A stretch of 63,033 nucleotides of DNA, the filler included, from Choristocarpus tenellus KU-1152 (lineage: Eukaryota; Protista; Phaeophyceae), in assembly GCA_964200185.2 (NCBI GenBank). It is 12 parts of 12 records of this genome, joined end to end, with 100 filler letters (N's around TTAATTAATTAA, not from the genome) between each part and the next. Parts side by side here need not be neighbours in the genome. Positions count along the whole stretch, not along the records: positions 41,677 to 45,274 come from CAXNAD020019037.1; positions 45,375 to 48,348 come from CAXNAD020023236.1; positions 48,449 to 53,953 come from CAXNAD020010588.1; positions 54,054 to 60,422 come from CAXNAD020008287.1; 8 more parts are not named here. One strand, written 5' to 3'. This document shows, in pieces, positions 41,746-54,056 of this stretch; the stretch's first letter is position 1; every line of letters begins with the position of its first letter. Below the pieces are notes generated by a model. The model was not told the DNA's origin and made no database searches. It saw nothing but the letters and a program-made list of their open reading frames with translations. The position numbers and the translations under genes are program-made.

Positions 41746-41958
41746 TCCGTTTGGGGCTTGGCTTCCCACTTTTTTTTTAGTGACATTTTACCTAATCCGA
41801 AATGTTTAGGAGCAGGTAAAATGTGTACGTTCTGAAAGGGTGTGTCTGGAACAAGGATATTGACACTTTCTATCAAGCACGATAGCCCAAAATGAATAAA
41901 AATAGCAACATCAGATTTTGGCACCCAAACGGGCACGACTCTACCCTAACCCTAAGAT
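41746..41958. mobile_element. MITE family A remnant, interrupted by a family B element
   Basis: Interior collinear with 49110-49320. It begins immediately after the family B terminus (TTTGAGCC, 41745). Its TIR is altered to CTACCCTAACCCTAAGAT. Confidence 0.85.
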
Positions 41959-43902
41959 TTAACAAGTGCCGTATTGACAGTGAGTCCTCTATTCTAGTCA
42001 GCCTCTGCTTCAAGGCACTTTTTCTTGTTGGAGGGCGAAGACTGTGGGAAATCTAGCATTGTGAATTGAAAGTCAAATCGGCTATAAATATTTCGATGTG
42101 CTTCGGATACTAATTGAAACATATGTGCAGCACACGAATGGGGGTGCACAAATCGCCAAGCTCCTTGGGGAGTTCTCCCAGCACGCCATTTGTGTAAAAA
42201 GTGACCGATCGAAAATAACGCCTCCACATTTGTTTAGGTTATTTGCAGTTTAATCAAATCCAATTTCTACGAGTCCCAATGCTACGAAAATCGGGACATG
42301 TGCTTTGAGAGCAAGGGGGGTACAATCAGGGACTGAGACCCTAGTATGTGCTTAGAGTGTTCATCCCCACCAGGCAGAACAGTCCTGTACAGAAATTCCT
42401 GTAGACAATACTGAATGAACCATGAGATACAGTACCGTGAGTAGTGGCGTTCAGTGTTCAGGGATTGTTTCATCATCTCACCCCTTCTTCTACACAACAA
42501 GGTTTTAACATGAATATATATATATATATATATATATATTGTTTTTGACAATTTTGTTCTTGCTCACTGACTGCAATGAGCCACAGTGTTGCTTCCCCAA
42601 TCATTCTTAGGGAAGTAAACACTCCAGAGTAGAGACAAAACCAAGGGGTTTCTGCAGGGGCATTTACTTTCCCCTTGGCTTCCACTTTATTGCACCTGAG
42701 GTATAATCAGGTTTCGTCCATCGAGATCAAAATGCTTTGGGAGGGCTTATTGAATGTTAAGTGAGAAGCAAGCACTACCAAAGGAAATTCTGAGGCACAC
42801 TCAACGCCTTGTTGTTTGATAATTTACACTTCATCATCTTCAAATAGTAAGTAGTCTGATGGACCTTTCTCAAGGTGATCGCATCCCAGATATCCTCACT
42901 ATATGTTTTGAAGTACTCTTATTCTATTGAGGTACTTCCAGCACAAATAGCAGTAGTATTACTATTTAGGACTACACAATTGGATGTTATAGGGGGTAGT
43001 AGCAACCGATCGTACTGAGGGCCATTCCTTCCTAACAATATTCTTTGTTCAATATTTAAAAGGCCTCATTCCCTTCCCATTCCTATGAAATACTGAAAAA
43101 ATCGGAATTTTGAGGTTTTCGTCATTAAATTTTCGTTGTTAGGAATGGGATTTAGCCTGTGCCCACATAAATCGCGATGCAAACGGTTTGTGTTGAGTGT
43201 GCTTACACAGCAATGTTATGTTTAGCAAGAGGAAAATTCTGCCCTCCCCAGCAGAGTGTTAATAATATTTAAACTAGTAATACAATGGTTAGGATAATAA
43301 TAAAATAAGTAACAATCAAGAGTATAAATAATATGAACAATTATTTGGATTGAGGAGTTATCATAGACTCTAGGTGGCATGGCACAAAAAAAAATCGGTT
43401 TCATGATACCCGAACAGAATAGCCTGTAATAACATACATGAGTATATACATACATTATTGAACAAATAGGATCCATCCTCCCTGCAATCTATCATTACTC
43501 AACCCCCTCAATCTCTATCCACTCAACATCATAATAGACCCATAGTATCCTGGAGGGGGGGTCAGGTGTCCAATTGGAGCCTGTGTGAACCTGTAGTGAT
43601 TTTCATTTCATCTGAGTGAATATGTATGTAACGGTACTTTCCTTCATCTGAACATACCTTCCTTTCAACCCCCCTGCCTGAACAAAATCCAAAGAAACTT
43701 CACATGCAACATGGACATCAAACTGGAGTATCTTAAAGCACCCCATCAAGCCCTGAATGGACAACCTGGGCTAAACACCCCCCGCTCTTAGGTACAATGG
43801 GTTACAACCACCACATTAATATTGTCATCATATGGATATCATCATCATACATCATTTTGAGTTCTCTGCCCTTTCCTTCATCTGTCTGAATTCCCTGCGT
43901 AG

Positions 43903-44140
43903 GGTGGGGGCAAGCATCGACAAAGAAGATAAGCAAGGCAACACACCACTGCACATTGCCTCCAAGAGTGGCTTTAGTAGTCTGGTCTCTCTCCTCATTG
44001 ACCTGGGAGCCATGAGACACGTCACCAACAAGGCTGGGAAGACTCCCCGGGACGTAGCCCTTGATTCATCGGTAGCAGCACTGTTTGGAATGGAAGAGTA
44101 TCTGACAGTAGTGATTGGGAAGGATAGCAGCCACTTGTAA
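43903..44140 (+). CDS. Ankyrin-repeat protein, terminal exon
   Basis: GASIDKEDKQGNTPLHIASKSGFSSLVSLLIDLGA...NKAGKTPRDVA; polypyrimidine tract + AG upstream; TAA stop. Confidence 0.88.
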
Positions 44141-45472
44141 CATAGTGTGGGCAAATCATCGGCAACCTTCTACCCTCCTTGTGGGCACAGTCGGAAGTGA
44201 GTAGCGTAAATCCAAGGAATGCAATCACAACACGTGCTTTGCAGCTACGGAGCAATGCCAACGTAGTGCTCATTTGTGTGTGTGTGTGTGTGTGTGCCTG
44301 TAGCAGAATGAGTAGTAAGTGAAGCGTTTTCCCACTATATATTGGTGTGTTGCAAGGTTTGGAATCCTTACCCTGTTGTGGATGGTGGTGGAATGCACTG
44401 AGCAATCTGCTGTAGCAAGCAAGCTAGTCTGTGCGCCGCATCTACAACAACATGATGAGGGAGAGAGTAGTTGCAAGCAAGGAGCCCAAACGCTTTATTG
44501 GCAGTAAAGGGCAATGACTGATGTACTCCTAAATTGACTGTGCATGTCAGGTAGATTTGTGGGGTCTTAACCTCTACTTGCTGACCTTCCACAAGTAGTG
44601 CAAATGTAAAGTGATGCTGGACACATATTCTGGTACTTCCTGCTGCTGCAATGAAAATGACGCAAGACAAATTTATTATGAAATCAAAACAGATGTAATG
44701 GTGTACATGAAGTTGGAGTGTCAAGTTCTTCATCTGCTTAATACGTTCTCAGCAGGCCCGGTGAAAATGAAGTAACAGTCCTTGAGTAGAACGATGGGCT
44801 TGAGCACATTGAACGATAGATTCTCGGTGGCAGGACTAAGGTGGAGGATGGAGAAAAGACAGTCATAAGGATGTTGCATACTACTTGTACTTTCTTGTGA
44901 AAAATAAGGAGGTGTATACCGAGGAATAGAAATATTAATTGCCCTGTACCAGCCTTAGTGCAGAATGCTTGTGAGGTCAGGTCTACATTCTGACAGTCAC
45001 TCACGACGGATCAGGACCATCCCCAGCTAATGCGTCAATAATAATACCTGGTATATTTTGTATACTCTGGCTGTCCTGCTACTTGTCTCATGTTCTCCCT
45101 CTGTGGTAGGTGGTTCTAGTTGCCTGTGGTCACAATTTTAATGTATGTGCCATACACAGTGTATGCCATTTAGGCTCAAAGTATCTGAGGGGGGGGGGGG
45201 TCTACACGAGGGTGTCCATTTGGACCAAAACCAGGAAAAGTGCACCTTCCTTATCCATCCAACGTAAGGAACCANNNNNNNNNNNNNNNNNNNNNNNNNN
45301 NNNNNNNNNNNNNNNNNNTTAATTAATTAANNNNNNNNNNNNNNNNNNNNNNNNNNNNNNNNNNNNNNNNNNNNGGGCCCAAATGGACACTCTAGTGTAG
45401 ACACCCCCCCTCCTCCAGATACTTTTAGCCCTAACCCCTATGAACGGACTAAGATAAGTCGCATGACCTCAC

Positions 45473-48348
45473 CATGAAGGTGAACTGGTCGCCTTGCCTC
45501 AACTGAAAGTCTAGCAGGTAGATACTCTGCTGTACCTGACATAGCAACAAGGTTTGCAAAAAAGGAGGTGAGTCCATGGTACTTAAACCAACCTATTTAC
45601 AAATAGAGCAGCATGAACTTTTTTTTTAAATATGTTATTATTATTACTATTATTATTATTATCGAAAGAATGCAGCAACTCAAAACAAAAGAAATCACCC
45701 AACAGCCTTTCTCACCCCTGCACCTGTTCACAATTATTTTCATACTAATGACAATATTTTTATTATAATTATTACTTTTAAAATTACGCTTCAAAAATCT
45801 TGACATAACTCTAAAGTCCTATCACTCAATCAATATCCATCAGCCATTTAGACAGATCCTGACTACACCAAGGTTCACCTGTGCATGATCCTACTATCAA
45901 AAGAGGAAAATTACCCTAACCCTAACCAATAACGTAACAAATAATAAATCAAAACCTTAGCACCCAACCCTTCCAGCATAGAACAACCAAACAAAAATCC
46001 TACCTAGACTGTACAATATATATTGTCATATTAAGTAGTGTATTGTAGACTGTAATATCTCTATTCCAATTACTACTGCTGTGCTGTAATATGGGGTAAT
46101 GGACAAAGATAGTATCCACTGTCCTATCAGTAACATCCCAAGACAACCAAACCCCCCACCTTGGCTAGGCGTTTGTCATAAGATTCCAACAACTTTGCAC
46201 AGGTGGGAGGCAGCAAGCAACCCAGACCAATCCCTGTAATAATACAAAATAATCAAATAAACAGTAAAGTAAATAATCATATAATGCAATATATTTTTAT
46301 CACATGCTGACATCACTGATCACCGCCTTCTCCAACACATCTCCAACACCTTACAAAGTCCTCTACCGGGGATAGGGCTAGTGCCACCATGAGTACTAGT
46401 AATAGTACTACACTGGACCACAGTACTCTCAAAGTTCTCAGTAAAAGGTACGTACCCTCTTTAGTTCAATATAACAGTAGAGAAGATCGGACGTTTCTTA
46501 CCTCTCCAGGTTTAACATTTAACATTTAGTAGTTCATTTGACAGTAGTTCATGTGTGAATGTCAAATTAAATACTAAATGTTAAATACTAAATGTCATGC
46601 ATAGCTAGGCCTAAGGTCCTCTACCTACAACACACATTGGACTAACGACAGCAGACCCACAACCTAGAGGAGTACCATACCATACCATACCATACCATAC
46701 CATAAATTGAAAATACTATCATCCTAACCTAACCCTAACATGATCATTAATAATAATAATATGGTGGCATTGAAACATTGGCATTCCAGTATGTAGGAAG
46801 CACTCTATACATTTCTGACCCATTCATCACGCAAGATTGACATGAGAGATGACTTTGTACCATGAGAGATGACTTTGTACCATGAGGGATGACTTTGTAC
46901 CATGAGATGTGACTTTGTACCATGAGGGATGACTTTGTATCATGAAAGATGACCTTGTAAGATTGTGTACCATGATAGATGATACCCGTCACACAATGGT
47001 GATTCTCACCTTGCTAGATATCTTTCAAAAGTCCTGGTTGACTATGGTATTGTGCTTCCCTCACACCCAAGTCTTCTTAGCATACCTTTTGTCAAAAGTA
47101 TGTATGGGTTAATAATGCTACACTATATGACACGACTGACGGTTGTAACCATCCACACCTTACCTTCCATTAACAAGGGGACACCTCCAACAATCTTCAT
47201 CATTATCATTATCATCATCCTTATTATTATTATTATTACTGTTTCAGAAGTATGTTAAAATCAAGGTTAATTGGCTAAATCAAGATTAATTGGTTAAACC
47301 AAGGTTAATTGGTTAAATCACAAGAGGGGAAAAAATGTGTGATACGACTAAATCCCTTTGTAGTGACTTCTTACATTATTATCATACAATAAAAATAATA
47401 ACCTCAGGGTTAGGGTTATAGGACCATTGACTCCTAATGAAATTTTAAAAAAAATGTACCCATTCAGGCAAGCCCTTCATAAGATCAGATAAATGGATAA
47501 ATTTCATTCCTGATGACTTCATAGTGACCATAGTGGGGGCAATGACAAGACTGGACGTAGATCACCACGAAGATATAAAAAAAAATACAAATGGTCCAAC
47601 TGAAAAATAATAGACAAACACAGGATATATGTCATGTCCCATCACAGGTGCCATGTCCCATCACAGGTGGAGTCATGTCCCATCTATGCCATACAACGTG
47701 TCAACAAACCTTGGCTCTGGAAAACAAAACAAAGAGATCCAGAAAAAAAAAATAGTTCCAAGAAATTTCTTGACCCAGTTGAACTGTTCTAGACTGTTCT
47801 AGACACATCATCCCTCACACCAAGTATGTCATTTGATTTTTAAATGAACACTTTTGTTCTTGCTGGTCTAAAGAGTCACCCTTTGGGATATGACTACCCC
47901 CAAGGTTCAAAAACTGTAATACAGTCAGAAAACAAACAGTAGCAGTCTATTTGTATGTGAATGTGTATGTGAATGTGCATGTGTGGAATTCCATATTATG
48001 TGAATATAAACAACATAGCATCCTACTTGTCTGCCAAGTGTCAGATTTGAACCTCATACCAAAATAAAAATTTCCATACTTTTTCAGCAAACCTACCCTA
48101 CTTTATCAATATGTAAAACACTGGTGCCAACCAGTACAATAAAAATATCAATAACAATAATAATAATAATCACCATGCCCTGCTTGCTGCTCACTCACCT
48201 TATAAAGGTTAAGGCCCGCCACCACCCGATACTCCTCCCCCTGTGCATCCCCCTTCCCCTTCTCCTTCCCCTTCCCCACTCCTACCCCCCCATCTCCCCC
48301 CCCGCCCTTACTTTCACCCTCATCCACCATACCTCCCCCCCCCTTCTC
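45473..48348 (-). CDS. AMPK/SNF1/SnRK1 alpha subunit C-terminal domain, partial; exons 48199-48348 (open at contig edge) and 45473-45535
   Basis: ...EEYRVVAGLNLYK|VQQSIYLLDFQLRQGDQFTFM matches the AMPK-alpha C-terminal LQLYK...YLLDF motif. GT-AG, phase 0. Confidence 0.8.
46841..46978. repeat. Minisatellite, 20-bp unit CATGAGRGATGACTTTGTAC, about 7 copies
   Basis: Contiguous tandem units with no spacers, in an intron. Confidence 0.92.
47259..47318. repeat. 19-bp tandem repeat (AATCAAGGTTAATTGGYTA) x3
   Basis: Direct inspection. Confidence 0.8.
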
Positions 48349-49069
48349 NNNNNNNNNNNNNNNNNNNNNNNNNNNNNNNNNNNNNNNNNNNNTTAATTAA
48401 TTAANNNNNNNNNNNNNNNNNNNNNNNNNNNNNNNNNNNNNNNNNNNNGGTGTTGTCACGTGCGTGGTCACTAATCGGCCGAAGCCAGTGAAGATCCACC
48501 CCACGCTCCCCGTCCTCGCCGACGCGCTCCGCTAGGATCTTGCCGACCAAGAGCGGCGCCTCCGTTGCCACAAAAAAGGCAATCTTGCCTTCCTGCACGG
48601 AGACGAGGTTTCCATCGTTCGCCGATCTCAAGGTAGCACCAGGTCAACCACGTTGACGGAAGCCAGCTCCTTCCGTGTCACTGTCCGATGAGGAAGAATC
48701 TGTTTCCTCGAGCCCGCCAAGATCATTGTAACCGCTGACGAGATTACCTCCTCCACCCGAACGTTCGCCCTGGTCGGTATCTTCGACGTCACTGGAACCA
48801 GTTCCAGCGCCATCGTCATCGGTGGGAAGCCAATGGACTGGGAGGTCGAACTCTCGTTCCTCAGTCTTTTTGAGAAGCCGCACAGACTCGCTTTGCTCGT
48901 GTTTTGCTCTCTGAACGGCTTCATTGTCTGCGAAGGTGGAATCCATGAGCACGAGAACATCAACGGTATGGAAGCATGAACGTTATTTTGTAACCAGGTG
49001 TGAGGTTGCACGAATGCGCTCGGGGAGCATGCAGTGAGAGGGAGGGTGTAGATATCGTCGGATTCGTCG

Positions 49070-49590
49070 GAGTGAAAGTATCTTAGAGGGTACGAGTTTT
49101 GCCCTGTTTGTCCATTTGGGGCTTGGCTTCCCATGGGTTCTTTTATGGCATTATCCTATTCCAAAATGTTTAGGAGTAGGTGAAGTGTATATGTTGTGAA
49201 AAGGTGTGTCCAAACATGGATGATTACACTGCTTAACAAATATGATAGCCAAAATTACATCAAAATCGCAACAATGGATTTTGACTCCCAAATGGACGCA
49301 GCTCTACCCTCTAAGATACTGGGCCAAAGTATCTTAGAGGGTAGACCCACGTCCACTTGGGGGCCAAAATCCAATGTTGCGATTTTGATGTAATTTTGGC
49401 TATCGTTCTCGTTAGGAGATATCAATATACTTGTTCCGGACAAACCTTTTCATAACTTACACATTTTACCTACTCCGAAATATTTTGGAGAAGGTAAAAT
49501 GTCATTAAAAACCTGTCGGAAGACAAGACCCAAATGGAAAAACTGGGAAAAACTCGTACCCTCTAGGATACTTTCACTCTACTTCGGCTC
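49070..49590. mobile_element. MITE family A (host copy), interrupted in its TIR
   Basis: GAGTGAAAGTATCTTAGAGGG...TAAGATACT|insert|TCGGCTC; TSD GTCG at 49066-49069 and 49591-49594. Confidence 0.92.
49321..49579. mobile_element. MITE family A (nested copy, 259 bp, inverted)
   Basis: GGGCCAAAGTATCTTAGAGGG...GATACTTTCACTC; TSD TACT at 49317-49320 and 49580-49583. Confidence 0.92.
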
Positions 49591-52500
49591 GTCGCTGTTG
49601 AGTACAAGACCGATGCCCTCAAAACATTTATCGGGGGTAATCTATAGTACTTTTTATTGTGACATGCGACGATCACTACGCATGAGAATGGAATATTTTT
49701 CAAGATTGATTTCGTAAAGGCTGTAAAGGCTGCCTCGTACAGAAGTTGCACCTGATTTTTTTGGCTGCCACCGAATACAAAAATTGGCCATCAACTCCCC
49801 TCACGAAAAAATCGACTTACCCAGTGGCTGCGCAGCAGCGAGGCGCTCGTACGACGCCTGGTACCGCTGCTCCACCTTCAGGATGACGTCTTCGGGAATG
49901 CTCTTGAGCTGGTAAGGTGGTGTATCTTGGAGATGAGGCGGGTGGCCGATGAAGAGGTCGTGCGGAGGGGCGTTGGGGTCGATAGCAACGTCTCCGCCTA
50001 TCCCACTCCATGCGGTGCTGTGCATGTATTGCTTTACGCTAACCTTACCCCACTCATCACTGCCTTTTTCAACCCGAAAAGCCATGTAGCTCGTGATATT
50101 GGGGACACGGTTGACGCGACCGCAAAGGAGTCCCTTGAAGTTGCCCTCGTTCCGTAGGGTCTTGCAGTAGACTGGAACCTCCATGTAAGAGGACTGCAGC
50201 TCTTCACCCAGCTGTGTTCTTGTGAATATGTTCTTCCCTTTGATACCACGTGACCTGAAGGTGAAATGCAAGCAAGTTAATTTTGAGGCGGGGGTGAAAG
50301 AAACGAAGTGGAGAAGCAACATATATATGCAGGCACATGCTCTGATGCATGTATATGGAAATATAGATATAAAACGGGGTGATGGGTGACATTTTTTTTA
50401 TTGTTTTGTTTCGAGAGTAGGTTACAAAACAGTTTTGGCAGCTGCTCTAATCGTGAAATTTTGTTGTGGGGAAATCAAACGTCAATCAATCAATTGCAGT
50501 GTATGACCTTAAACCTCCCGTGGGCGCAACAAGCGTGAACTACAAGCCTCAAGGCAGTATCTGTCCGTGTAGAACCACTATGTGGCGATCGCACTTGTAT
50601 ATCTTGCTAATTACCTGGAGAAGATCTGATCGATTTTGATGTGCGTGTGCCCCACCATCATAAAATGCATCTCGACCACACGAATGACACTCGCCGCGAC
50701 CAACAGCCCCGCATATCCAAGAAAGAAATTGTTCTTGTTCTCTGAGACGCAGTTGTCGACCTGACCAGTTTGGGGAATTGGGAGCGAGGGAGGGATAGGT
50801 GTGAGGCCGATATGTCAGCTCATTTCGCCACGTTTCGTGGAGGAACAGGGCATGTTTCCAGTAGTGCTAGGGCGCAAGCTCTACATCACCGCCATCATAC
50901 ATGCAGGTTTCAACACACAAACCAAAACTAAAGACCGTGCAGTTAGATACTTGGTGACCGGTATTCGGCGAGTATGTGTTGAGTAGGTCGTTTCAAGATG
51001 AAACTTTCTTACCTGCCAATGCGCGTGCTGGATGATGCAACCCCCTGCGGGATCGAGGCTGTTGTGGTACTTGTCGATAAGCCTTGTGAGGGCAAGGTGG
51101 GTGGCTGTGCAGACAAGGTTACAACCTGCGCGAGTGATGATGTCCGTCGTTCTTTGGCAAATAGTACTCTGCTTACTTACGCATTGTTTAATTGGAGCTA
51201 AAAAGAGGGGTAATGTAATTTGTTTTTGCGATGTAGAGCACATACAGCCGACTGGCTGAGATACATGTCCGTGGGTTTTCCTCCTCCTTGATTAGCTCTT
51301 ACGCTCCTCTCGCCCTTCTGAAGCTGAGGCGTACAAGGGCAGGGGAGCACAGCGCATCATCAGTTAATCGACTGTTCACCAGGCCTGCGGTATCTGTAGG
51401 CAAACCGTGTAAGGATGTAGGCGTCCTCGGGTATCTAACCTACGGCGGGTCCACTCGCCATGACGGTAAATCAAGTAGTGCACGCGCAACCGGCATCTAT
51501 TCAGTCGTGTGATTGTTGAGCCACAACCCACAATACGTACCTCCTCCAAGGTTGATAGGAGTGAAGAACACCTCCGCGAACTGGCCTTCGACATGTGCGG
51601 CCATGATCTTCTGGTGCTCGGAGTAGCCCCTGATAAGAAGGACATGAACCAAAGAAACGTGTAAAGAAAGGTGTTACGGTGCGTCATCATCATGATGAAC
51701 GGAATAGGTAGTAGAATTATGTGCGTCTGTTTTGGCGGTTATTTCTTGGGACTCTGCACTCATTCGTAGAATAAAACAGGGTTGTCTATTCTGTTCTGCG
51801 TGCGGCTGCAAACTTGTTGACCGATGGGCTATGCATGTGTGCGGTTACCTGTCACCATTGTGGGTAGGTGAGTAAAGTGCTGGGAGGGCGTGTCATGTCT
51901 GGTTCGCCGCGTCTATGGACATGAACACGAAGCCGAGAGGTTTGCCGTCGGCTTTGGCCTGCATGGCGCTGCTGGTGCTGTTGGCGATGACCAGCCGATC
52001 CGCTTGGATAATTTGGCGAATGGGGGAGAGCAACATCACGTCTGTAAATCAAATAAATCTGCTTAGAGTTAAAAAAAAATGACCACTTGTTAACACGTAT
52101 CAGGTTAGTAACAAGAATCGAGCGTAGGTAACAATAATTTTTTGTTCTTGGTCCTGTTTTGTATTGCTGCATTTGGGACGGTAGGAAGTACAAACGTACG
52201 GGGCCGGAAGACCGCTACATGACCTGTCCCTCCCACAGCCCGTTGTAGACGACCAGGAAGTAGTCTATCATACAAGATGTTTGGGCAACTAATAACAACA
52301 TTTTTGCGCTGAGTGAGGCTGCTGCTGCTGCCACAAGCACCTGCATTGGAGTCTTCACTCGCAAAAGGCAACAGATGTTGTTCCCAATGGAGGGCAATGA
52401 CGGCGACAGGTTGCCACTGTACGCTTGTCGCAAAATTAACGCTGGACACCTACCTCTCAATGGTCTGACAGCTACTTGTCGATGGACTTGAGGACGGTGG

Positions 52501-54056
52501 AGTCGTTCGTGGGTTTTACCCCAGGCGCACTGTGCCGCTTCTCTTTTAACGCGACACATATGTCACATTTCATAAACTCGCCTCGTAACCTCACCCTGAT
52601 GTTGGGCCTGTCCTCTCTGAGCAATCGGAGGAAGTGCACCTTGCTTACCCGCTTGGAAGTGTCATCAGGATACACTCGTACTGCCTCTTTGCAAAAATCC
52701 TTGTATAGCTCCTAATTAATAATGTTGGTTGTGTGGGCAAGTGAGGAGTTATTGAGAAGGAACACTCGAAGAACACCGCTGCAAGATCTCTCAAAGGCGG
52801 GCTGACCAATAACTTGACTGAGAACACGGAAGACAGGATCAAGCAAGCTTACATCGTGCGTTACGAAAGAGCAAATACAATGATCTCCGTACATCTGCCA
52901 AGAGCGTCATTCTGTTCAGGCCTCGCTGCCGTTTGCAGAAACGGTAAAGGAGGCGAATCTACCATCATCATCATCACCATCGCGAAGTGCTTTAGATATA
53001 CGATGTACACACTTTTACTACCAATGTCAGACCGGGCCTGGGGCCGCAGAGTAGGTATACACAACGGTGAAATAACAGTTATTGCGCCTTCCTTTGTAAA
53101 AGCGACGAAGAGTATCATCATCATCATTGTAGTCTTGACATAACAACGAAAAAAATAGCACTTCGTACGAATCTTCACATGTTCTTTTAACCATAATCTC
53201 AGACCTGTCAAAGTAATAAACACCCACCGCTCGAAATACTCGTTCGATCCACTTCTTCTACATACTGCTGGGTCACACAGTTTGCAACTAACTCCAACAC
53301 AGGGTGCGGCCAACCTCTCCACAACCAAGGGCAAAACCTACCTCTTTGTTCGTGGTGTAGATCACAATTGCGGACTTGAGAGGCATGAACTGCCCGTATG
53401 TATCCGCCAAGTAGTCTATCCAGGAAATCACCAGGTCTCGCTTCGGAGCCATGTCCTTATCTTTGTTCGTGCCGTTCCTGTTGTAGTAGCGCACGTATGT
53501 ATATAAATGGATGGAAGTTGTGTTGGAGGTGGATACAAGGGACGGGGGATGGAATGTTAGAGGAATCGTATGCCAGCAGCAGATCTCTAATTCTGTAGGT
53601 ATTTACGCGTGGTAACTGCTGCAGCAGCGCAGGGACAGCCGGATGAGATGATATTGTTGAAGCATAAATAAATATATCACACGTGTATATACACATATAT
53701 GTAACACATAACTCCACGCTGGAGGGATCTCTAACTTGTACATCAGACATCTAGGCGTGGTAACTGCAAAGTGAACTTGGCGAGTGTGGTCGGATTACAT
53801 TGTTCTGAAATAGGACTACTGTTCAATCATCAAGCAGGGGGAAAAATATACCGGGTACAAATAACACTGTGTACATACATCAAAGCCACCTCTCCACACC
53901 GGAGGATGCACTTGCGTTAGGTGTACCTTTGCAGGCTCAAAGTATCTGGGAGGNNNNNNNNNNNNNNNNNNNNNNNNNNNNNNNNNNNNNNNNNNNNTTA
54001 ATTAATTAANNNNNNNNNNNNNNNNNNNNNNNNNNNNNNNNNNNNNNNNNNNNTAG

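Larger units (their letters stand above)
48449..53500 (-). pseudogene. Intron-rich Sola-type (DUF7869-like) DDD transposase pseudogene; exons ~53342-53490, 52476-52711, 51849-52041, 51541-51629, 51013-51125, 50615-50760, 49821-50254, 48449-49751
   Basis: Spliced product has SWIDYLADTYGQFMP, FMKCDICVAL (CxxC), FMSIDAANQ, WQVDNCVSENKN and FMMVGHTHIKIDQIFS, giving three candidate catalytic Asp. Lesions: in-frame TGA at 51893-51895, frameshift near 52020, stops and MITE insertions in the last exon. Confidence 0.8.

Noticed and set aside
46841-46978. CRISPR-like array
   Set aside because: Contiguous 20-bp units without unique spacers, in a eukaryotic intron, with no cas genes. The same applies to 27349-27542.
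51893-51895. In-frame TGA as selenocysteine or codon reassignment
   Set aside because: The same gene has frameshifts, other stops and MITE insertions, and host exons show no in-frame TGA. A point mutation is sufficient.
53934-53953. TIR as the 5' boundary of the transposase element
   Set aside because: It points away from the transposase gene, so it is the start of an independent insertion.
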